A stretch of DNA of 64,000 nt, taken from assembly GCA_010093605.1 (NCBI GenBank), contig MU004189.1, forward strand, positions 1,433,834 through 1,497,833, written 5' to 3'. The notes under the pieces were generated by a model. It made no database searches. It worked only from the letters and a program-made list of their open reading frames with translations, and was not told the DNA's origin. The position numbers were made by a program, and so were the translations under genes. Source of the DNA: Lophium mytilinum. Taxonomy: Eukaryota. Position 1 is the stretch's first letter; every line of letters starts with the position of its first letter. This document shows positions 36,235 to 48,925 of the stretch, in pieces.

Positions 36235-36861
36235 ATGGAATACTCTTGCACTTCTACAACATCTCCGCATCCTCTCCCCCCAATTCCCCCCTCCGACTTC
36301 TCTCCCATCGCCAACCTCGTCCCTCGCCCTCTCTTCACCCCCAGGACTCGCTCCAAACATCCCCATCCACCCCTCTCCATCGCCGTCTCCGTCATCGACG
36401 CCTCAGACTGGCGAGTCGCCCACCCCTCGCCCACCTCAACCTCCTCATCCTGCAGCAGCTCCAGCCCCTCAGCCTCCCCACCCTCCTTCAACTTCGACTA
36501 CTTCACCTCTCCCTCATCCGAAGGCCCACCGCCCTATACCGCACTATCCCCATCCTGGAGCCAACCACCACCGCCGTATCAATACCAGTTCCAAAGCTCG
36601 TGGCCCTCGAGCCCTACCTCGAGCACCTTCTCCTCTTCGAGCTTCGGCTCTAGCGTGCGATCGCCATCCAGTGGACCGCGTCTCCTGCGGCGGAAACCGA
36701 GCCCCAAGCAGCTGAGTCTACGGGCGCTGCGGGCGAAGGAGAGTGATGCGTGTCTGCAGCGAATCTACGAGCGGCAGACGATGGCGTATTTGGATGGGAC
36801 GGTGTTTGGCAGCGCGCCGAGGCGGAGTGGCTTAAGGAGAGGGATTGCGCATGATGACTGA
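36235..36861 (+). CDS. Ser/Pro-rich hypothetical protein (208 aa)
   Basis: Intronless ORF with coding-like codon use; two PPPY motifs; ordered C-terminus LRRKPSPKQLSLRALRAKESDACLQRIYERQTMAYL. Confidence 0.65.
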   Translation: MEYSCTSTTSPHPLPPIPPSDFSPIANLVPRPLFTPRTRSKHPHPPLSIAVSVIDASDWRVAHPSPTSTSSSCSSSSPSASPPSFNFDYFTSPSSEGPPPYTALSPSWSQPPPPYQYQFQSSWPSSPTSSTFSSSSFGSSVRSPSSGPRLLRRKPSPKQLSLRALRAKESDACLQRIYERQTMAYLDGTVFGSAPRRSGLRRGIAHDD

Positions 36862-38324
36862 AGAGTTTCCTCGGGTATTGAGAGCAGGAGTAGGAGTGGT
36901 GATTTTGGTAAGTCTGAATTGATGGATGAGAAGAGGCACGTGACCGAACCCACGCGAGAGAAGATGGATCTTCACATCTGAACAGCACAGCACACAAGAC
37001 AGATAAAGGCGCAAAGCAGGCTTCGTGGAGCTCACTCTACGGTTCTAAGCAATATGGATGCTACTTTGGCGTCCGCCGATACACACACTCCTACCACCCC
37101 CCTACTCTCTACTTCCTCCCCAAAATGTATTTTCAAGCAGGCATTTGCTAACGCTTTTCAGAACAACACTCTCAGCGCCGTCTTAAATGCTCGGGCACTC
37201 CAGCTATTGCTCGATATTTCAAGGCCTCGCACCGTAGACTCAAGGTTGTAGCACCCGCAGGACGGGAAAGCAAGAACACTACAGCCAGTACGCACGCGAT
37301 GCAAGCCTTTCAGGAAGAGCCAATCGCCTACACCCTCTGTTTCTACATTACCAACTTGAAAGAAAAGAACCGGAGATAGAAAGACGAACATGAAACCCGG
37401 GGGCAGTCTTTACGACAACGACCAGCTTCCACGGCTACGAAATGGCCGCATCTCGCAATTCATGTCTTGATGGAAGTTATTCTCACGTTTTTACGAGTTG
37501 TATAGGGGTCTATGGTTTGCTATTTCACGTACTGGGTACAAAGGAAGGGGAGTTTGAAGGCTAATTGATACCACGAACGATGAAGGATGAGTTCAAGATC
37601 TAGTTATGAGAGTAGTTATGTCGATCTGACTATATGGTTTATATCTTTAGTGGCTACTTGGCCCTCAGAAGATCTGTTTGTCCTATGTTCGGGTATAATG
37701 GACTACGCTTTCGTGAAACATGTGACGTTTCCGATCGGCCTTTCGGTCCATGTTGCCAGAAGGAGCAAACCCTCATTACCTAAATTTTAGAGTCTCCCGC
37801 TTTTCTTAAACTTTATTGCAGATAGCTCAACAACTATGCATGCTAGCATGAATTGAGCACTAGGACGTAAATCGCACGGCTGAGAAGTGTTTTTGAGTGA
37901 GGTTTCAGAAAGAAAGTAGTCAAAGTAAGTCATTGAGTTATCCGGAGTACTCTTAGGGTTCAACACTACTAGAACTCTAGTACGCGCTCACCTCCGAAAG
38001 ATAGAGCTCTTTGATCCCGCTCGACGACCTCTGTATACGCCTCAATCGCAGGAGTACGCGAACGAGAAGCAGGTTGGCCGCCGCCATGGATGTTACACGG
38101 CTTTAAAGCCCGCAACGACGATACCTTCTCGAGCAGATATCCACGCATGTTTAATACTCTCCCAAGCCTTCTTCGCCCAATCAGTTGCTATCGACCCGCT
38201 GAGACCTCCCCTTTGTCCACCGGCTCGAGCATCGAACGGAGAGGTACCCATTTCACAAGCAGCCACCCGCCCCGATATACTCACACCGCGCCATCAAAAT
38301 CAAAGATCCAAAAGAAACGCACGA

Positions 38325-38415
38325 GTCCGGCGCTGAGGATCGAACTCAGGTCTCCATGACGCCGCCTTTTTGTGGACGGTCGTCATGGTATTATGGCCAA
38401 CTAAACCACACCGGA
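38325..38415 (-). tRNA. tRNA-like gene (Asp-type body) with non-canonical extended anticodon arm; isotype undetermined
   Basis: Minus strand: TCCGGTG TG GTTTAGTTGGCCATAAT A CCATG [ACGACCGTCCACAAAAAGGCGGCGT] CATGG AGAC CTGAG TTCGATC CTCAG CGCCGGA C. Acceptor and T stems intact, A/B boxes present, TTTCTTTT terminator at 38317-38310. Confidence 0.75.
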
Positions 38416-39023
38416 TTATTGGAGTCCCGGATGGGTTAAGCGCTTTTAAAGGAGAGGCCATACCGGTGGACTTATGTGAGGAGAAAGTGAGTCTGTGGTC
38501 GATTATGGTTTGACTGGTCAAACGGTGGAAACGGATTAGCAGTAAGGGAGCCCGCAACGTCGTTTAAAGTCGTTGGAAAGAGGAGACCGAGAGATGACGC
38601 TAGTGGAGCGACGCATATGCAAGGTAGAGTAGGAGGTGGTACGCGGCAGGGCTCTGACAAAACAAGCGGGCTCCCTTGGCGTGAACTGGAAGAAGAATTT
38701 TTCAGGGACGGCTCGCAGAAGTGTAAGCTAGGTTGGAGGCATATGTAGTGTTTGAACTAGAAAGTGGTTGGTGTGCACTGTACAGGGAAGGATGCTTTGT
38801 AGAATGTGAAGTGTCATATTGTTCCAAAGAGTCCGATGTTCTACATCATTTACCTCATAAAAGCGAGCAACTTACGACCGAGTTATAGTGATTCTACACG
38901 GCTCTGTCCATGCATATATGCTGATGAAGACTTACAACCATTTTCCCTTAGTATAAGCGACCCATAGCCAATACCAAACGCCAAAAATGCACGCTAATCA
39001 TCATTCAATCAACCCTCACCCCC

Positions 39024-40114
39024 CTAATCCCCACTACTCGCCCTCGCCCTCCCCCCATTACCCCCAAACCACCCCTCACTCCTCGCCGTCGGCGTCATGG
39101 CCCTCCTCGACTCAACCGGACTCCACTCCACACTCGGCGGCTTCAGCACCTCCCCATCATCCAAGCTGGCCCTTCCCCCCCTCATCCCCGCCATAGCATC
39201 CTCATTCGTCACCAGCCGCACCCCGCCCATCCTCTGCCTCTCCCGCTCCCTCTTCTCTCTACCGATCTCAACTCTCTGCCTCTCAAACTCCCCGACTAGG
39301 TTCTTAAAGTACACCTCCGCGGCCTGGGTCGCAGAATAGTGCACAGGCGTCCACGAGTACGCGTTCTGCGCGAGGGGATTCGCGCCATACGTCAGCAGCA
39401 TGCGGAGGGCCTTGAGCTCGCCAGCAGCGGACGCGTGGTGCAGGGCGGTATTGCCGGAGGCGTCGTGGTGGGATATGATCGTAGGGGAGGTGTGGAGCAA
39501 GGGGGGTAGGAGGGGGAGGGTGCCGGTGCGGGAGGCGAGCATGAGCTGTATTCCGTTAACGACTAGAGTTCACGAAGGCACCCGACCCACCCTAGGGGGC
39601 TTACGGCATCCATGCCCTCCTTATTCTCCCACGACACGCATTCCGGGAAGCGCTCGACGAGGAGCACGCCCACGTCTGCTCTGCCGGCCGACGCGGCGAG
39701 CATGAGCGGCGTGTCCCAGTCGCCGTTGCGGCTGACGCCTTCGGCTTCGTGGCCGGTGGAGATGAGGAATTCCTGGGTTGGAGGTGTTAGTGATCGGATC
39801 TGAGTACCGCGATGTCCCGCATATGCTCAGGTGTTCCTAGCTCTTTTCCATACGTCCAACCCCACCATCGTGTCTGAGAAATAGTTTGACCTACAGCAAT
39901 CTCCTTAAACCCCTGCTTCGCCGCGAGGTGCAGACTAGTATTGCTCTTGTCCTCGAAGTCCGGATTGCGTAGGAAAGTCGGATTGTTGCGCACGATGCGC
40001 TTCACGAGCGCGAGGTCGTTGAGGAGGATGGCACGGCGGAGGCGGCGGGGGACGTCGATCCTAGAAGATCGTAGATTAGCTTTGAGTACGGAGCTATGAG
40101 GAGAGTGTATACAT
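39024..40114 (-). CDS. AVO2: Ankyrin-repeat protein, TORC2 subunit Avo2-like
   Basis: Exons 40114-40113, 40060-39895, 39772-39605, 39545-39024. MIDVPRRLRRAILLNDL; ankyrin repeats NTSLHLAA, DTPLMLAA, GNTALHHAS...GANP. Confidence 0.78.
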
Positions 40115-40712
40115 TTTAGTGTAAATAGGAAGCGAGAGGAGGTCGGCATTGTGGTACCTTAAAGAGCTATTGGAGAAGGGGAATGGTGGTCGGAGGTGAA
40201 TGTTGATGTTGGAAACTAGGGCCGCGCGTAGATTTCAGCACGGTTCTAGCTGATACTACCTTACGAGACGAAACGCTAAAGTATCATGTTAAGGATGTTC
40301 TCGATCAACTGGAGTAAGTTGTAAAAGATCGAATTCAAGTGTCAAGGCATAAACAATTCACTATTTTTGCAAAATACCACGTGGAAACCACGTAGCCTTG
40401 GACGAAGTAGCCGAGAGGAGATGAGACGAAAGGGTCATTTTAGATGCATAGGCCATCTCCATCAGTTTACGAGGAATTAGATCAAGTTGTAACAGTTCGA
40501 GATCCGGCTCCAAGGCATAAACAATTCACTCTCTTGGCATCTTTCACGTGGATTCACGTGATCCAGTTCCCAGGGACCTACAAAGCGCCATCCTCCAAAT
40601 CCCAGATCATGATCGTTCAGTATTCGTCACATCGTAAGCCGGCTCTCTCTCTTCTGCGCTGGCAATGATCGTGCTTGGTAAACGCTGTCCCAGATTTTCT
40701 CTCCAAACACCC

Positions 40713-43136
40713 TCACGCTGGCCCCCATGGGCCCCAAACTGCCTTCACGTTCCCATTCCTACTCACACTTTCCCCCTGGCCTACCTCCCCACCACTCGCC
40801 AGCCTTGTCTCAGTCCCTTCCTTCCAGTCCGGGGCTTTCGGGGCCCCATTCTCTCCCACCGCCTTTGGCGGCAGGGCCTCTTGTCCCTTCCACTGTACAA
40901 GAGTGCGTCCCTTAGCTACATCCCAGCCAGTAATAGGGTAAAGAAAGCTGTCAGAACCTCGAGTAGGATAGTCGACGTCACCGCGGGAGGCTTTGAGGGC
41001 AGCGAGGCGGGAGGGTTTCGTGAAGGGCATCCTGGTGGAGGGTAGGGAGCCGACTGTACTGGTGTTCATGGCTGGTGTCATGTAGAGGCCCCTGTTCGGA
41101 ACAGAGGCTATCGTTGCGCCTCCTTCTGTGTATGCATGATTCGGGTCCCCTTCCGTCCAGCTTGCTGACAGCGAGCTCTTGTCTTCGCCTCCCTTCTTGG
41201 TGCCGACATTGAAGGTTGCGCCATTGACCTGGCTTATATCATTGCGAGGCTTAGGGGGTGGCGTAGCTACTCTTGTAGTTGGACAACTATACGGAGGCGT
41301 CTGGTCCGTGATGCAGTAGTAGTTGTGAGCCACGCGCTTGTGGTATAAGGCCTCTAAATGCGTAGGCAAGACCTCCGGACAGATCGGGCACAGGGTGCGA
41401 TTCTGTTGGACAAGATCGTCCCTATGGCTTTGGGTAGCCTGAGCTTCCGACTGAGTATCGCCGTTGTTTGCCACAATCCCACCGGGCAGGCCAATCCAAA
41501 ATTGCATGCCATGTCCCTCTGCGAAATGAGTGGCGAGGTGGTCAGCGCGCTCTGCCCAAGTAGCAGGGTGTATGCCGCATATACCGCAAGTGATTGTAAT
41601 TTTATGCTGAATAGGTCGGCACCAATTAAGCTTCTTGTCGTTATCGAACTGGGCTACCTTGTGGACCTGAACTATATGTTGGAGAAGCTTGTCTTTGCGC
41701 GTAAAGGTACGATCCGCACGTGGGTTTGTGAGGCAAGTAGCGCAGTTGTGGGTTTCGAAGTGTGACGGTAGTCGGAGGGCTTCGTTGCACAAGACACAAC
41801 GGGCTATCCCGTCGGCGTCGTCGTAAGCCGGGCCGTCGGGCATACAGATCCACTCTTTCTGGGGAAAGTGTACAGATTCTTCGTGACGGCGCCAGTCGTA
41901 CTTCTGTAGGAAGTCCGACGTGCAAAAGCTACACTGGTATATCTTAGACGGGTCGGAGGGACGTCTAATAACTGATATGGGCTCTTTGGTGGACTGGTCT
42001 CGCTGTCTTTTTCGACCTCGACGCGGTCCACGATTGGTCGTGGAATCGACGCTCGCGAGCGAAGAACCCGAACTAGACCTGCTGCTCAATGCAGTATTGG
42101 CCACTGAAACTGCGTCACTCTTGCTAGAATATTTTCTCGTCAAGAGGGGTGGCCGAGTAGCATTATCTGTGTCCGAAAAGGACGCGGCAGCTTTGCTAAT
42201 GGCGTCCTCTGAGATTCCTTCATCTTCCGGTGAAGTCGAAAGATATCGCTGCATAGGATCTTGTTGCTTAAGAGGCGATGATTGGGGTATGCGCACAGCA
42301 GTAGCGTTACACGGTCCCGAGTTATCCGGCTCGACCGGCTTGGAATGTCGTCTACGCTTTGCAAGCGAAGTCGACCTATCGTTGGCCGATACCGGTAGTG
42401 GAATCTTATGGGGTTCGGCTGAAGGAGAGGAGGACGTTACTGGAGGCAACTTCCGAACTCTAGCATTTGCAAAGAAGGTTCGAACTTGACGTAGTGATAG
42501 ACCTGTAGCATCCGCAAGCTCGTGCAGGTCTTTCTTCTGCAGATAAGGATCGTGTCGGTGTTGCTCAAAGCTGGCTTCCAACAACTTTTTAGCTTCGAGA
42601 GGGATCCGAGTCCTCTTGCTTGGCTTGCCATCGTCTCCAGAAACCTCTCCATAGCCGGTAGTCTGCTGGTCTGCTGGGTCCTCGGGGAGGTAGAGAAGGT
42701 TGTCGAGTTGAAATATTGTGGAAGGCAAGTCGGATCCTTGGTCCCAGGGCTCCGCAAGGTTTAGGTCGCTGAGATCTTGCCACTGCGGCTGACTATCCAA
42801 GTAAGGAGAAATGTGAGAAGGGTCTAGTCCTGAAGGGGGGTTCGGCTCAAGATTCTGTGGAACCAGTCCATCGACCGTGGTTAATGGCATACCCGTAAGG
42901 GGTTGGTCAATATAGGAAGAGGGCCAGCTGGGCAGCCTGTTAACGATCATCCATAACAAAACAAATAGCAAAAACACCTACTCGGACAGCTCTCCAACCT
43001 GATCATCCTGAGGAACTCCGCTGCCTATGCCCGTGAGGTCAAGAGACGTATCCCACGCCCCGAGAAGATTCGGATCCTGGACCGGAATTGACGATAAAAG
43101 CCTCTGGAATTCCTCCTCGCTCATGGATCCGTCCAT
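40713..43136 (-). CDS. TALE-type homeobox and C2H2 zinc-finger transcription factor
   Basis: Homeodomain SFEQHRHDPYLQKKDLHELADATGLSLRQVRTFFANARVR; fingers YQCSFC..F.QKYDWRRHEESVH, FTRKDKLLQHIVQVH, CGICG...WAERADHLATHF. Probable first exon from ATG 43136 with a 45-nt intron; 3' end uncertain. Confidence 0.85.
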
Positions 43137-43640
43137 TATTGGATGTGGCAATAGGTAGCAGGATTTTTTGGCGACGCCCTAATCGTCACTCTGAGCGTGC
43201 TTCTTCCACTGTCTTGTATCCGAGGAGGGTTATCTGACTGGGCCTGGTTCGCCAAGACTCTGCGCCCTAATCGTCAATCTGGAGAGCGGAAAGTTCAACT
43301 CTTGAGGACTGCTATTCTTTGTCTTTAATGACATTCATTGCATATATACGCTGACAGTATCCGTGCATACGCTTTGGGGCGAAGCATCGCCATGTTGTCT
43401 TAGGGGAGACAATGGGGTTTGTCCAATTAAACGCTACTATAACGATAACTAATCTCCCAGAGGGTTAGTCATGTGGCTTATGGAATCAAGAGCTTCTGAG
43501 AGCAAATCCTCGAGACGGGAGTAGACGGCTTAAACCATTTCGGTTCAGTAGAAATATTCAATCATGTCATTCAGACTAAGCTTGAACCATACGCCCATGC
43601 ATATGCACCATTACTCCAAACCATTATACACTTTTCCCGC

Positions 43641-46600
43641 TCAAGGATCGATCTTATACCGCATCTTGACGCCCATGCTCGCAAACTCGACATCCAGATA
43701 TTTCAAGACCCCTGGCACGGCAACGATAGCAACGTCGTCACCCCCAGTCCACCTCACGCCTTCGCCATCCTCCCAAACTTTGGCTTTAGGCTCGAACCCG
43801 TCCGCCCGTTTAGCACATCTCCTACACCTGGTTATACCAGTTCCCATTTTCCTCCTACTGTACTGGCTGACAGTAGGAGAAGTGCTCATGAATGACCCGC
43901 AGGCCCTGCACACCCACGTCCGGACATAATCACTACAGTTCATGAGTCTGTCTTGGAGCAAGAAGGCCGTGCCGTGAGCTAGCAGGGAATCACGTTCCAT
44001 CTCTCCTACACGAATACCACCACCCTTCTTACGACCCTTGACAGGTTGGCCGGTGAGGTCGTCAACTGGACCAGTCGTTCGGACCTGGAACTTGTCGTTC
44101 ACCATGTGACGGAGACGTTGGTAGTATACCACACCGATGTAGATATCAGCCGCGAGCTCCTGGCCGGTAATGCCACTGTACATTGGCTCATTGCCGTAGT
44201 AGTTGTATCCTGCCTTCTTGAGCTGATGGCCAAAGTAGTCGACCGCTGTATTTTCCTCGTCGAACTTGAAGGGCGTTGAGTCCTGAGCAAGGCCATGCAG
44301 AGCACCCGATTTCCCAGCCAGGGACTCGACAAACATACCAATGGTCATACGAGATGGGAAAGCGTGCGGGTTGATAATGATATCGGGTTGCATGCCAGAC
44401 TCGCTGAAAGGCATGTCGATCGCTGGCCATTTTTGAGAGCAGACACCTTTCTGTCCATGTCTAGAAGAGAATTTATCGCCAATAACAGGTGACCGAGGAA
44501 CACGGAGCTTAACGCTGATGGTCTGGCACGGTTCATTGCCATTTTCTGACCCGATGATGCGCACTTCGTCGACGAAAGCGGTTTCGTCGTCCTTGTATTT
44601 GATGAACTCTGTTCGCCCATCACGATTGACATAGTCACCAGTAGCAGGATCGTACGAGACGGTATGCCAGGCGGCAAGGATGTCTCCCTTTTGAAGCTGC
44701 GCACCAATATGTGGCCAGCCGTCATCATCCAACGTGTCGCGCCACTGCGCACGAATCAGCCCACCAGGCGCAAAACCGAATAGCTTTTGCACGCTTTTTG
44801 CCGAGCGGGAGCGTTGGGATCCTTCCTCGAGTTGGCAGAGTTTAGTTTTGTAGATGGTTCCGTGAGCGAATCCTCGCTCATGGGAAGACTTGTTCAGAAT
44901 CATAGCGTCGTCCATGTCATAACCGGTGTATGAGATGACGGCTACAATGGCATTTGTACCGTTTGGAAAGTTGTCGAGCCCGTACTCGTTATGTAGAGGC
45001 GCTCGGACAACCGGCGTTTGACCTGTCTGAAGTCTGTATGTCTTATTATCCGTGCGGTAACGTATTGCTGCTCCTGGGGTTCCCATAGTCTGCTTGCCCA
45101 TTTGACATTGGTACATATTCCTAGGACTCTGATTGAAGTCGGAAAAGGGTGTCATGTTGGCGACAATCGAAAGGATGTTGGTAGGGTCATACTCGACGTG
45201 TGTAGACTCTCCGGACACGATTTCTGGATCTGTACATGCAATGGACATGTATGGTTGCTCAAATGGTCCGACGTAGTCAAGCTTGTCGAGTGGTAGATAT
45301 TTGACTGGTCGATACATCCGGGCAGACTGTGAAAATATGTAGACTCCGGGGTATTGGCCACCGTTTGAATTGGGAACATAGCCGACTTCAAGCTCTAGTG
45401 GGACGTTGTGGGTGCCTTCTACCTTCCAGTATCTCAACGTATCCCCAATAACTCTGGCTTGCTTTGGGGTGCAGAATCCTAGAACACGGCCGTCCAGTTG
45501 TACTACAACGCTTTCGTTAAGTGATGCTGACGATTTGCTGGTGACTCCTAGCTGGGCCACAAGCTGTGGAATTGCTGAAACATCGACATTGTGGGTAGCT
45601 AAGACACATTTGTGTGCAAAATGGTTAAGAAGACCACAAGGACTTCCATCGGGTGTGTGTACAGGGCATAAGAAGCCCCAACTTTCCGGTAGTAGTTTTC
45701 GTACAGTGGTCGTTTTTAGCTGTGCAAAGAAACTACCTCTGTGGACCATTCGGAAATGGCTTATGAACCTATAGAAGTTGATTTTCTCAGCGACAACCGT
45801 AAAGCCAGACGTTTGCTGAAGATCCAGGCCACTAGTACTAACGAGATTTCCGGTGGACATAAAGTACTCAATGTCATGACCAATGTTCTCGTTAGTTTTC
45901 CGTATTACTTTCGAGAGGAAGTCTTTTTTAAACTCCGGTGACGTGAAAGAGAGCCAGTTGCTCGTCCTCCCCCATTTCTGAAGCGAGAGTCTAATCGAAA
46001 ACAGCCACTCATCCAGTCTCTCCTTCAGAATCTGACCGTAGAGGAACCCTCCCAGGAGAATCTCTTGATTTTGAACAGCATCTGGATTGTCCTCGGCACA
46101 ATCTCCTTCCACAAGGGCGTATAGCTTCCGGACCATGAATAGGAGGAGCTTGAATTTGTCGGCGTTCTGCTCGTCCGTAACCTTGCCGTCGCCCAGGTGA
46201 ACAAGCACAATTCTTTTGAGGAATTCGGTGCCAGCATCTTCATCACTCATGTCCTCTGCAACTCTCAAGACAGGTCTGAACTTGTCCCCCAAATGTGCTC
46301 TTGTCTTGGCCTTCCCCTGCAATCCATAAACTTTATACGTCCGCAGAAGGACCTCCAGTCGATCGGTTACAAATTGTTTCTCTTGTAGACCTTTTGACCC
46401 AGCAGCGCCCACGATTCCTTCGAAAATTTCTCGGTCGTTGGTCTCCACGAGCGCTTTTAGGATCATCATCATGGGCACTAAGTATTCCCTCTTCCTCCAC
46501 GAAAACCGGAAGTTGATGTTGCCGTCGTTGAGGTAGTGCAGGACGTTCGTCTGTGAAGTCTGGTCTTTCCGTACGCATCGTATTTGAACGCCAAACTTGG

Positions 46601-47308
46601 AGTATGTAGGCCCGCGGTTTGCGAACGAGGGTCGAGTGATAGCCATAGGGTAGTTTCGCTTGTTCACCACGAGCATGCGAATCAGCTTCTCATTGCCGTT
46701 GACAATGAAGTAGCCACCCTGCTCCTCCGATTCTTCCTTCGCATCGACGAGCTGACTAGGAGTCATGTTTTCTAGATGACAACGATTTGACTAGATTTTC
46801 CCAATTAGAATATATCATACAGACAGGCTTCAGCGCCCACCTTGAGCATTATGGGCACCTGTCCCATTTCCCTCACAGTATCTCGCCATGGGTCGTTGTT
46901 GATTTTGTATTCCAGACGCACTGACATGCGCCCTCTGTAGGTGCCATGCCGCTCTCTCGCCTCAGCCGGCATGATTCTCCGCTCCTTGAGCGCAAATTTG
47001 TTCGTAGGCGGTAGCAGTGGCTTCTCGATGAAGACATCGCGTATGCGGACGCTGAGCTTGTTCCTGGGCTGGCCGTCCGCCAGGTATGGGTCTCCATCGA
47101 GGAAGACTTTGGTGCCAATGTCCTTGATGGCATGGTCGAGGATGCCTCCGCGCTCGAGAATGGTGTTGAAGGACTGTATATGCGGCTTTATGGCCTCCAC
47201 GAGGGCCGGGTAGGCAGTTCGGTCAGTGGGCGGGTTCTGAAACAGCTTCTGGCGGCGCACTGTGTCGAAATCCGTGCCCCATTTCTGGCTCGTACGTGAT
47301 GGGGCCAT
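43641..47308 (-). CDS. RPA135: RNA polymerase I second-largest subunit
   Basis: Exons 47308-46841 and 46790-43641. GGYFIVNGNEK, HRGSFFAQLKTTTVRKLLPESWGFLCPVHTPDG, GDKFSSRHGQKG, GGIRVGEMERD. Confidence 0.97.
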
Positions 47309-47845
47309 AGCTGCGGCGGGCGGAATTGGCGCGCGTTAGACGGTGGAGGGAGAGTGCGAGCCTATGATGGCTGAAGAGACTGGCAGCAGGGGGACTGCCG
47401 CAGAGAGCATCAGCTTGTGGTGGCCAGCGTCGCAGCAAAATGTGAGGGTGGAGGAGAGAGGTGCATGCAGAGGTCACTCCGGACGGCAGCAAAATTCACA
47501 GAAAAAAGAATCGGGGGCTTTTGCTATCGATAGCGCACTAGGCGGTTTTGGGGGCCGCCACGCTCGGGCAGCCGAGAGGGCTGCCAGTGCACAAGACTTG
47601 GGGTCCTCAGCGGCGGCATACTTCACCTCGCGCGACGCTTGCTCCTCTCCTTCCTACTCCCAGGTTGGATTGCGCTCTCGTTCACGATATCTAGCCTCCA
47701 CGCTCCCGTCGTTGCTGCGCCGCGCCCCACTGCCTCTCTGCCCCGCAGCAAGGATAGGCCTTCTCTCACCACCTGCAACCCGCTTCAACACCAATTCTCC
47801 CCAGGCAAGCAAGCAAACAATCAACCACCGCCCACCGCGCCCACG

Positions 47846-48925
47846 ATGGCAGGCTTCTTCCGTCGCCTCTACGATTGGCTCCTGCGCCTCTTCTGGTCTG
47901 TCTGCCCGCTCCGCGCCCGTCGCCCCTCTCGTTTCCCCGCTGCCTCGTGCCGCATCTGTCGCCTTCTTTTCAGCAAATTCGTACCTGAAAAAAGCAAATA
48001 CGTATCCGAGTATTCGCAGCGCCCATGACTGACCCCCCTCTCCTGTGTAGGGCCACCGAGATGGACATCACCATGATCGGGCTGCAGAACGCCGGCAAGA
48101 CGTCGCTGCTGAGAGTTCTGGCGGTGAGTGGCTACCGTTTTGGGACAATCCCCGTGCAACCTCACGCATCTCTGTCGGCGGCATCCATCTAACCGATTGG
48201 CTTAGGGAGGAGAGTTCACCATCGAGTACGTCGATGCCGTTCCAAGTCGCGCAGCCCTTGCGGCTTCTTTCTTTTCGTTATTGGTGCCTTGTGGCGCCGC
48301 CGCGCATCCGTCTCTTCTTTGGTCCAGCAACTGATCCGAGGCAACAGCTCCATCCCGACCGTTGGGTTCAACATGAAGCGTGTCCAGAAAGGGCATGTTA
48401 CATTGAAGTGGTAAGCAGCAGCCCCAAGGATCGATGCAGCCATCCGAGTCGAGTACCCGGCTCCGAGATGGCGTGCAGCATCACGAGATCTGAGAACTCC
48501 GCGCTGACGATGTGGGTGTGGCAGCTGGGACCTCGGAGGCCAGCCCCGGTTCCGGTCCATGTGGGAGAGGTATTGTAGGGGTGTGAATGCGATCGTGTAA
48601 TGACACCACGTGCCCACGCCAGACCAGACCATCGCTGATGGCAGTATCCAGATTCATCGTCGATTCGGCCGACAAGGAAGCGCTCCCGGTAGCGCGTGAG
48701 GAGCTCAAACTCTTGCTTGAGAAGCCTGCTTTGGAAGGCATTCCACTCCTGGTACTTGGCAACAAGTCGGACCTCCCGGACAAGCTATCAGTCGATGATC
48801 TGATCGAAGCCCTCAACCTCAAGGCCGTGACGCACCGGGAGGTCAGCTGCTACGGTATCAGCGCCAAGGAGGAAACCAATCTGGACGCCGTTCTCCAGTG
48901 GCTGATTGCTCGGTCCAGCAAATGA
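47846..48925 (+). CDS. ARL8: ADP-ribosylation factor-like GTPase 8
   Basis: Six exons give [35 protein letters not shown]...[45 protein letters not shown]...GNKSD...ISAKEETN. Confidence 0.95.
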
